The position numbers and the translations under genes are program-made. DNA of 62,386 nucleotides, the filler included. It is 15 parts of 15 records of this genome, joined end to end, with 100 filler letters (N's around TTAATTAATTAA, not from the genome) between each part and the next. Parts side by side here need not be neighbours in the genome. Positions count along the whole stretch, not along the records: positions 38,165 to 40,673 come from SRR9188676_1409; positions 40,774 to 43,576 come from SRR9188676_1416; positions 43,677 to 46,741 come from SRR9188676_1420; positions 46,842 to 54,221 come from SRR9188676_1421; 11 more parts are not named here. One strand, written 5' to 3'. A model generated the notes under the pieces. The model was given only the letters and a program-made list of their open reading frames with translations. It searched no databases and was not told where the DNA came from. This document shows, one piece after another, positions 40,187 through 50,258 of the stretch (positions are counted from its first letter, which is position 1; each line of letters opens with the position of its first letter).

Positions 40187-41090
40187 CGGGAATTTAAAAG
40201 GTCAAGACGATGATGAAATGCTCAGATGATCCCAGAATTTCCCTCCTGAATTATCAAAAGTCCAATGAGTTAGATCGTGTTTATGTTGCGAAAGTCAATT
40301 TTACCCCCCTTGCAATTGCACGTCAAAAACCCAACGTAGATCCGCTAGATCTAGTCGTATACCATTTATAGAGGGTTACTTCATTCATAGTTACTTCATA
40401 TAGCTTGACAAAAATGGGGAGTACGATACTTGTTGGAAGGCTGATGTTTCTTAGACTGACTTTTCAGTTTTCACCTCAGTTTCACCATGATTTTTAACGC
40501 TCTTTCCAATAATGTAATACTGTACTTCCTTATTGATATTTCTAGCCAAGGGGTTGCAAAAACCGAGGCGATCATGCATCTTCTATCGCTTTGTCAAGAT
40601 CATATCTGCTCTGATTTCGGTTTTGAATTTGATAAAGACCATATATGGCAATTTCTCAGGAATTGCCTGGTAGNNNNNNNNNNNNNNNNNNNNNNNNNNN
40701 NNNNNNNNNNNNNNNNNTTAATTAATTAANNNNNNNNNNNNNNNNNNNNNNNNNNNNNNNNNNNNNNNNNNNNCCCAGTCCGAGGATGGCTCATCCTTTT
40801 CACGCTGTATAATGAAGCGAAGTGTAAGAAAATTAAAGCCAGAACGCCAATCAGATATGCGGTTTGTCGCGAAGTCTTGGCTCTTTATGACTTTATCTTA
40901 CGATCGCTGTGCTGGCTCATTTCTTATATATTTTCCTCAACACTCAATTTTCGGATACAGTCTCTCTCTCAACCTTTTTGCAACCGTTTGGTTTTGGTCT
41001 CGATTTTTTGAATTATTTGTTTTTTTTGCGCGTGTGTGTTTTCGCTATATATGTCCATGCTCATATGGTGAGTGTGACATTCTAATATAG

Positions 41091-42300
41091 GTAGTAAATG
41101 GAGACAGCGAGACCATTCTTCCCCTGGCTAGGAGGAAGGTGGATGCCATCAAAACCGACTAGCCATTTGGACTGCTCACAGAGTATGATTCGCCTGCCCC
41201 CGACCTTTCCAATGTTATTAGAAAACTCCATGAGATATCGATCGATCACTCCATTAGTCTCGTTTGCTGCAACAGCTGCAACCTACAGAAAAGATCTGCA
41301 TGGACCTCAAGAGATGTCGATTTGCAAAACAGCCCTTATTTGGGTTCATGCTCGGGGCGGTGGGACTCTGCATGGTACTCCAGTGTCTAATCACACCCTG
41401 ATCCAGGTCTCATTCAAAAGATACGGAGCCCTGATGTTAGGTATATCCACTCTTATGCTTCTTTTATCATCTTACTTCATGCGTCTTTTCACTCTCTTTC
41501 TATGTTTCTATTCATTATTTATTGTACCGCAAAAGGGAAAACATGTGTAGAAAGGTAGAAAGTGACTTTCATGTATTTCCCATGTTGTCTCTTTCATGAA
41601 GAAATGTGTGTGTATGTGTTTTGACTATCCTCTTTCTTCCTCTCTAAACTCAATAGAGCAATTGAAAGCCAGGTTTCCCGATATTGAATATCCCAACACA
41701 ACTGTCTTGAGCGTTCCCCCTTTACATCCGTCGGACATGAGGTCTACATCCGGACGGTCGGATTGCTGCACTTCGACCCTCGGTTGAAAAGGCCATATGA
41801 TATGTGAGGCTCATAAGGAGAAACTGATTATTTTCAACTATAAGGTATTGAGAGCCTCATACTTTTCCTGACCTTCTTTGTTTATCTGCATTATTTATGC
41901 AGGTTTTCCCTCGAGAATTTCGCCAGTCAAATTCTTTCGGACTGTGTGCTTAAGTTGTGCTCTCTGTGTTTTTGTTCGGTGTGTGTGTACTCCAGACTTT
42001 GGCTCCGTGGTGAGACGAGTACGGATAGTGTCAACGCAAATAGCACTGAAAGCTTGAATCCAGAAAGATGAGGACTTGACTGAGATTGAGAGTGAGATGG
42101 AGAAGAATACAGAAACCGAGCTGAGTAGTGATAGTGATGATGAGAGTGTACTGAGCACCACACACCATAACCAGGCACCCTTCCAAATGCCCCGAAATCT
42201 TTCCTGACTCTCCAGATCCTCCGGACTGGGAGCTCGTGATGGATGCAATTATCTACGTTGACCATGACGAAGCACTTTTCAGTGATTCTTAGAACCTTCC
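41091..42300 (+). pseudogene. Decayed intron-containing coding sequence with an HNH-like motif
   Basis: The frame from 41091 reads through TAG (41160) and TAA (41388) and contains SIDHSISLVCCNSCNLQK. The next exon has TGA (41785) before a GTATTG donor, and the downstream acidic exon is frameshifted. Confidence 0.45.
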
Positions 42301-43676
42301 ACCAACCATAACCGAATAAGAGATTCAGGTCTGTTTCACCAGAAACCTCACGATTCCACGATTCACCAACGTTGCTTATGTGCAACTAGCACATGCCAGC
42401 AATTTAGACGATCAATCGCAAGATGGTCTGGGGACAGAAAAATATAATTCACAAAGCATCGCATTCATTCTCGCCTGTGGGTACTCATTACGATATTCAT
42501 GTTTCATCCAAGAGTCCATCGAGGGGTGGAATATTATTTCCCAACATAGGAGGAAATAGTCAACGATGTTGATGAGATGTCGATTATCTAGACATTCTTG
42601 CGAAGTCATGTTCCTTGAAGACTGTCACAGATAATCTCTTCCATGTCTCTTCTGTACTCTTTAGTTTCATTGTTTTTTGTTCAAAAAAAAAAAAAAAGTT
42701 TATAGTCCTCCGAAAATGAGTACAGAACATGAGTTTCGGAATAGGGAGAACTTATGAGAGTAGGGGGTTGCTGGAGGAGAGTTTCATTTCGGCAGATTCA
42801 GAGCTGAAGAACAGAGCCAAATCAGATTATTTACGTATGAAAAGAAGGACGGAGTTTCTGTGCTCCATCTGACATCACTAACAACCTAAACGGTGACATG
42901 CGATTAACAAACTTCCTTTCGATGTGGAATCTCAATCAACTGTACAGGTATATGCAGCTGACCGCCAGAAGTTTCGAAAGGTGCCTGAAGTAAGAATATT
43001 TTCTTCTTCATCTATAAAAAAAGAGACATTTCGAATATTTCTCTCTTTGGCCGGAAAGGAGGGGCGATGGCGAGGATCGAATGCACAATTAACGAAAAAA
43101 CGACCAATCCATCGGAAGGAAAGGAAAGAAGGAGAAAAAAACCCGAGCGATCGAAGGATTAGCCTACCCGCGCAGGGCACCGGCAGGGACGGCGGGCACA
43201 GCAGGAGATGGCGACGATCGCATGGACGATGGAATGACAAAAAGGAAAGGGGGAAGAGATGAAAACATGAGATAATTTGACCAATGAAGCTCTGATTAGG
43301 TTGACCAAAGAAAGACAGGAGAAATCTACCTTGTGGATTTCATTCTTCGCAGAGTGAGGAGATTGTTTTTCTTTTCAAACAAAAAGGCGGTGCCACTAGC
43401 AAGTGCTCAATGTTCAATAAAGAAGGCCCTCCTTTTTCTATTTTCCCCCCAAGGTAATGGATAAAAATTGCAATTTCACCCCCCCTGCGGGGAGGTATAT
43501 CGAATTCTATTGAGTTGCTTTACCTTTCCCTTGTTTTTCTTCTTCTTGGAGCCATCTTCGGGCTTTTCAAGGATTTNNNNNNNNNNNNNNNNNNNNNNNN
43601 NNNNNNNNNNNNNNNNNNNNTTAATTAATTAANNNNNNNNNNNNNNNNNNNNNNNNNNNNNNNNNNNNNNNNNNNN

Positions 43677-46516
43677 GGCATTCGCACCTGGTGCCCCGTT
43701 GGCTGGTTGGGAGACCAGGTATTACCCTGAATATCGTGAATAAACGCGAGAAAATGGCTCTAACTTCCCGCAAATCGAATCAGAATGGAAAACAAACCAA
43801 GAATGCTCAAGATTGAGAGGTTGCGGAATTTAGTGGGAGAGAGTCCTTCTTTCACGTTGATATTTCCTCTCTATCCACCGAACAAGTATGTGATAACACA
43901 AAAACTGAAACAGTTCCACACATCTTGTTACTTTGTTTCGTTTCAGACATCCTTGACTTCCTTTATTTCTTTTGATAGAAAGGTTTTTTTGTTCCATTTT
44001 ATCAGTGATGGACGATGCCTAATTCGTCGATTCCGGTGGACCACGCGCTTTCTCAGCACACTTGGCCTACAACGGCGAGTGCTGAGCCAGATCACATTCA
44101 GAGACTTCAACCTACAGCTCCAGTTCGACACTGCGGCTCACCCGGGTCCGCACGTTATCACAGGCCCCGGTGCCCACATGACCTCCATCCCCACCTCAGC
44201 TAACGACCCTCTCTTTTGTAGGTTATTTCCTCTCAGCTACATTTTGCAATGCTCCTATGGTGTAACTATCTCATTTTGTCAAATTTATGTGTTGATCCAG
44301 ATGTGCATCACGCATACATCGACTACGTGTGGTGGCTCTGGCAGACCCAAAACGGCGGGATCAACGAAGTTCAGACATCTAACATTTTCTCTCTCAACAC
44401 TCGCCTTCGGCCTTGGGGTCTCCAAGCCAGGACTGTTGTCTACGTCGATCCACTTCCTTACACGTACGCACTGTTTGTTGTGGCACTTTTGTTTCCAGAT
44501 GTGAGATGTTGATTCGAATTCACAATCAAGAGGAATCAATGTCTCATGGTACCGAATCCAATCTCACCCCACACTCGTAGAGAGCTCTTTCCCGAGCCAT
44601 TTACTCTTTGCACGATCAGAACTTTTGTTCTATGACATATTTAAGACTTAGGCTTATGTTCTGATTTTTTCGTTGCCAATTGTTATATTGATTTTCTATC
44701 CTCGAACTTTGGATCTCTCCATTTCAGCTTTTCAGCATCTCAGGAACAACCTTTTTTCCCGCCTTTTTTTTTATTTTTTTGACATGTACCCGGTCTGTGG
44801 CTGGCTGCGTGGGATGATCTGCCTTCTCTGAACTGGATTTTTTGTGCAGTTATTCAACTGGCCCTGTTCAGGTATATCTTCAAAATTTACAGTATTTTCA
44901 GGATCATTCACGATCCCCAGCATCGATTAATCACCGTACATTTGAGTTCGATGGTGAATATTATACATTTCTTCTTTCACAGAACTTGCTAGAGAAGGCT
45001 ACCAAGTTATCTTGTTGGGCAGACTCTATTGAGAACTCCTTCAGGAGCTCTTTTAGACGGAGACGATTCACCCAGCTGCTGCATCTAGGTGAAACCCCGG
45101 TGGACCTGAAAAACCCAGGTGAAGGGTGGACCGAACTCTATTCGAGGGGTTTGGAGAGGTTCGCACTGGGCCTGTACATGGGAGTATGATGCTATGAGAT
45201 CAAAGAAATTGAGTTCGAATTTCTGAAGTCATAGTTTGGTTTTGGCTGCTATACTTAGTCTGATTTTCGAAATTATCGAGTTTTCCGCTTCTTGTCGTCT
45301 GTAGTTTGTTGTATTTGTCATATTTCTTGTTCTCACTGACTCCTCCCAGTTTGCCTGCATTTCCCTCTGATCTCATGATCCGTTCGAGGGTGCAATGGTG
45401 ATGATATTCTTCTCTCTTATTCGAACAGTCGCTCCAGTCTGGTTTTTCCCCCTTGCTTTTGAACACATCCACTGTTCGAAGAGTGAAAGAAATAATGATG
45501 ATAATAACTCCGGATATTGTTCCGGGGATTGCTCTCCCATAACATTACAACAACGTCTCTATTTTTATTATTATTATCGATGAACGGGTCATGACGCTTC
45601 GCTCCTTCCCGAAATCTCTCAAAGCATTATTAGGAGATCTTGGGAGAATTCCGTATCTCTTGATTATCTCTGACGATCCACATTTGCGTTTTCGTTGATC
45701 TTTCTGCAATGTCACCGTTCGAATGCAGAACCTGGTTTCGGACTTCTTGGTCAGAGCGCAGTCTGATGTCCCTCTGCTCTCCACTCCTGTTAGCTCTATC
45801 GCCGCCCTGGTATGTACCTCTAAGACATCTGGGTAATAATAAATCCAAAATCCTCACTCTCAAGACCAATTTTTTTTAAGGAACACGGCCCGGATTTTGA
45901 TTTTAACAGACGGCTACAAATAGATTATGATCGGCTTTGCTTTGTGATGGTGGGTAAGTGTGTGGATGAGTGTGTGGGTGAGTATGTGTGGGCAAGTGTG
46001 GGTAAGTGTCCATCTGGTTCACCGTCAATCTGTGCAAGATTCCCCTTGCCTTCCGACCCTTATTGTAAAACCCGGTTAATAAGAGTCAGGAGAAGGATTC
46101 CATGGTCATGAGTTGATATTCGGGATCACTGAGTTGAGATACATATAAAGGACAAAAAGCAACTAGCGGAAGGCTGAGCTAGGATCGTGCAAAGTTTTTG
46201 GTTTGTTATGAGGAGGATGCCTTCTTGTGATGAAACCGCCAATTACTATTCGAAATGCGAATGCAGAACCTTGATTTCCCGTCAGGTCCGAATGTAGTGC
46301 ATTGAATGTGCCGTCTCAAACTTTCTCTCCCCTCTCTTTCCACCTTTCCAGGACACTGATGCTGTGGATATTCCTCGAGGAAACAATGGGGTTCGCATCC
46401 AGATGACAGTGCCCTGGGCTAACGATGAACTGCTGTATGAGTTTTTCCTCTCCATGACGAACAGTGTCGACAACGCTGCCGACATGTTCGAGGCAAATAT
46501 CGAGGAGCGCATGAAG
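43677..46516 (+). CDS. Tyrosinase (type-3 copper) family protein, CuB half plus C-terminal exons (partial at both ends)
   Basis: AHPGPHVITGPGAHMTSIPTSANDPLF|YVHHAYIDYVWWLWQ is the CuB signature; LPYT|Y gives the tyrosine motif. Further in-phase exons lie at about 45728-45808 and 46352-46516 (their assignment to this gene is inferred). Confidence 0.85.
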
Positions 46517-46841
46517 GTACGCACTAAATGAGAAAAAATTGGCAAGTAACAAATGGAAAACCAGAAGGGGAAAATAGCTATTTCCTCACGAATTGCAAAA
46601 TCAGCAAGTGTCGAGCAACCTACGAGTGCCGGCAAGACTAGGTTGAGAGAGACTCTGAATGTATAACCGCATGGATATGTAGTTTCATTCACTTTGAGCC
46701 TTCCAAATTCTCAGAAATGGGTCACCGCAAATCAAAACCGANNNNNNNNNNNNNNNNNNNNNNNNNNNNNNNNNNNNNNNNNNNNTTAATTAATTAANNN
46801 NNNNNNNNNNNNNNNNNNNNNNNNNNNNNNNNNNNNNNNNN

Positions 46842-46892
46842 AGAGAGTTAGGGAATGGTCGTCGTGGAGAGGGTCCTAGAATAGGATGAATA
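46842..46892 (-). repeat. Dispersed intronic repeat, copy C
   Basis: Reverse complement TATTCATCCTATTCTAGGACCCTCTCCACGACGACCATTCCCTAACTCTCT at the contig edge, in a DPE2 intron. Confidence 0.85.
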
Positions 46893-46936
46893 AATAGGGG
46901 GAAAAACCGGACCTATATCACATCAAAAACACCTAC

Positions 46937-48312
46937 CCTAAAATCGGAGTCAGTGACTTGCAGCATAGTGTTGGTGCCAGGCTTGACGCTTTGCACGTTA
47001 GCGCTCATGTCCCCCAGGGCTTGAGTCAGCTTGCGGTTTGCACCAAACTCGTATGCCACGCTCTGTCGCTCGTTGGGCTTGTCAGTGCTGTTGCAAATGA
47101 CATACTTGTACTCCAGAGTTGCCAGGGCCTCTTCGCCTGCAGGAATGGCCACTGCTACCTCCCACATGGGGAATTTGGCACCTAAAGAGGAGAGAATGGA
47201 ATGGAATGGAAAGTGAATGAATCTGATGAATTGACTGACATTCGTGACTGAAAATGGACTTAATCTGAGCGAGACCCGACTATCAGATGAAGAGATAGAT
47301 CGACATATGTGATGGGTATAAGAGTCAACAGAAAAAATACATGAACATCATTTCATTCAAACAATGACGAGCGAGAAAATATAATATACCTGACATTTGA
47401 ACAGCCTTTGGCAGACTCCAAGAGCCCAGAGCAGGGATGTTTCCAATGACACAAACAGTTTGGTGAGGCTCAACGCGAGGGATATTGGCTCGGAAATAAA
47501 CAACAAGATCTCCCTTGGCATACTTGGGCAACTGTGCAACGGGTTCTACAAAGACGAACAGTTGATGATATGAGATCGTGAAATTCAGAGGCAAATAAGA
47601 TTTGTTGAACAGCAATGAAAGACAACATCATGAATAGTTCGCAATCTCGGAAAGTGAATCTTGAAGATATTCGATTTCGGGAAAGGAAGGATAAGGGAAT
47701 CACCATGAGCTGCCTCGGGTCGCACGAAGATGACCTTCTGGAAAGCAGAGGTTTCAAAGACGCTTCGGTTCCCAGGGGTCTGCAATGAAATATATAGACG
47801 AGTCAGCGGCCAAAAAAACGAATCATTTTCAAATGAATCTCGAATCTCGAGGAAAAATACTGACCTGCCAGCAATCGACAACGTGGAGCACACCGAGCTC
47901 GGAAGATGAGAAGGGGTCCAAGGAAAAGGTCCGGTTGGACCCACTTTCATAAGTATCCCGACGATTGTTTTCAACAACCGCATACTTGTAGGTGAACGAT
48001 TCAGTCTTGGGCAGGTCAAGCACAAGCTCCCACCTTGTGAATGAACATTCCAGTATCAGAGCACCGCCACACTGCAAAAATGGATTCTTTACCAGTCACC
48101 AGGCAGGTACTTCATTGCAGGAGCATCATAGACATTCCAGGATCCGATCTGAGGCGAAGATCCGACCAGCTTGACTACCTCCCCAACGCGGGTGGTATAA
48201 TGGATTGTGAATCGAACTTTGCATGTGGCTGCCATTGCTAACACAAATAGAAAACCATCAGTAAGCCATCAAGATTGGTAAAACTGTGAAATGCGGCAAA
48301 CCGACCTGACAT
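46937..48312 (-). CDS. DPE2: 4-alpha-glucanotransferase, DPE2 type: two N-terminal CBM20 domains (GH77 domain beyond the contig end)
   Basis: CBM20-1 VRFTIHYTTRVGEVVKLVGSSPQIGSWN...YKYAV...ESGSNR; linker FETSAFQKVIF; CBM20-2 VCVIGNIPALGSW...FPMWEV...LEYKYVI...EFGANR...DSDFR. The double CBM20 plus SAF..VIF linker is characteristic of DPE2. Confidence 0.85.
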
Positions 48313-48826
48313 TTCCTTTCGTCCGTGAGTCGTCCAACTCGACGAAATTGCGGCGATCCACACGAAATTTGCTTTTTCACAGACAAAAGATTAGATCCCC
48401 GAAAGGGGCTATACTGAGAGATCTACATAAGAGTTCTATGAAATTTACGGGGGTAATTTTAGTCAAACGATAAACAAGATCCAACCACAAACGAATAAGT
48501 TTTGACATGACAAGCTTTCTTGCAATCAGGCATTAACCAGATGCCTCCTTTTATCCTCCTTTCAGCTGGTTCCATCTCGCATTTCCTGCGTCGTAAAACG
48601 ATTGAAATAAATCATATTTTCAAGATATTTCTGTACTGTCCATAGTTTAAGTTATTGTCGTGCGCCAACAGAAAATCTCTATCCAGTAATCCAGTTCTGA
48701 GTTCCTACAAAGTTCGTTCGTAGCCTGCGATACCCCCCTTTGGAAAAGATTTCTTTCCTATACCGTTGTGCCTTTGAAGGGGGGGTAAGACACATTTCCA
48801 TTCACATCATTCGCCTATCAAAAAGA

Positions 48827-49522
48827 ATGGAAGCCTTGCAGCCGTCTGATGATGAACTTGTCGATTATCGAAATGCTATATTTAAAATGTCACAGAAGAT
48901 CAACCCAGATCTATCCATTTCCCGGCATGCGGTTGAGGAAGTGAACAAGTTGGTGAACTCATTTCTGCATGTGATCGTCAAAGAATGTACTGGTGATAAC
49001 CCAAGAGGCTCACTCAACTGCGACGATATTGAAGATGCTGTCAAAAGAGTTACATCAGGGAAATTGCAAGAATTAGCACTTCATAATGCCTCAAAAATCC
49101 AAACAAGGTGACTTTTTGCTTTCCACATCCCTTGCTTCAAACTCATTTATTTTGGTCACAGAAAACTACCAACCTCTTTGAAGTTCAATGAAGAGACTGA
49201 AGATGCTCAGCTGACCCAGTCCGAGGAGTCAGACTCCCACAACTTGGCTGCTGATGATTTTGTGCCTGCCGAGGCCTTTGAAAGTCAAGGAGACCTCGTT
49301 CCTGCTTCTCAAACTGTTGGTTCTTATCCAAAAAACAAGAATACAAGCAGTACAGCACCATTCTACAGTGATATAGCCGATCTGAAGTATACAACATCCC
49401 AAACCAAAAAAAGCAAAGTTACAATCAAGAATGAGACAATTGCGGATATTTCTGTTGAAAGAAATATATACCTATTTGGCGTGATGATGATCTTTTTTGC
49501 AATCATCTATCTGTCATCGTAG
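48827..49522 (+). CDS. Histone H2B-fold protein with acidic linker and C-terminal transmembrane helix (213 aa, 2 exons)
   Basis: Exon 1 (48827-49107): DYRNAIFKMSQKINPDLSISRHAVEEVNKLVNSFLHVIVKEC...SLNCDDIEDAVKRVTSGKLQELALHNASK. A 54-nt GT-AG intron (49108-49161) follows. Exon 2 is in frame and ends RNIYLFGVMMIFFAIIYLSS-TAG. Confidence 0.8.
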
Positions 49523-50258
49523 CTTTTATACACAAGGTTCATCGAGTTCATCAATCGCATCAATCTTGCTTGAGAACTACTAGATGAATAAATTCTTTCC
49601 CCCCCCCAAAAAAACCATGTGAAGTAATTCCTCCCCTATTCGTCATAATGTCGAAAAAGAAGAGAAATCCCGAGCGTCACATCAGATGAATCCGAAAGAA
49701 GCCAAATGACATTCGATCTGTTCGTCCAGTTGTGCGAGAACGAGAGCATGAAGAGATGCTCAGAAAGGTGAGAATGAGCAAAATATGAATGTAGTTCGAC
49801 TTTGAATGCTCGAGAGCGACCTCAGCGAGGATTTAGAAGTTCGCGATCGATTGAGAAAATATTTCAAAAACGAACAAAGGAGAGAGGGTGGAAAACAAAA
49901 AAAGAATTAAAAGAGTAAGATAAAGAAGGACCAAATACTCCAATAATTCAATCGAAATAAAGAGTTCCCGTTTTATGGAAGGTCGCTTCATCGGGCATCA
50001 TCCCTGTCACCTCAAGCTTTGCAAACATTTATCGCCCGGGAAGCGAGAAAAATGAGTACGAATGATATCCGAAGAAATTTCAAATGTAGAGCAAAACAAT
50101 ATCTGAGAATATGTTTGTGTATTTCTCCCTGATTTCTCCGGAATGGATTCACTGAACGTCACAAGACCAAAGACTCGGCTCAATCGCGTCGTAATTTGGC
50201 AATGTTTGTCCGACAAGCAATGTTATAGGCAGATTTGTATTTTTGTATTGAAATATAT

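Noticed and set aside
41091-41790. Stop-codon reassignment (TAA/TAG as Gln)
   Set aside because: No in-frame stops in the conserved exons of ATG7, EFL1, CFAP298, beta-adaptin or RAD9. TAA, TAG and TGA all end genes (8824, 7948, 26272, 27026, 49522), and this region also has frameshifts.
45200-45870. Reverse-transcriptase remnant (LCSPLLLAL)
   Set aside because: A single weak motif; the same bases form a clean GT-AG exon in another frame.
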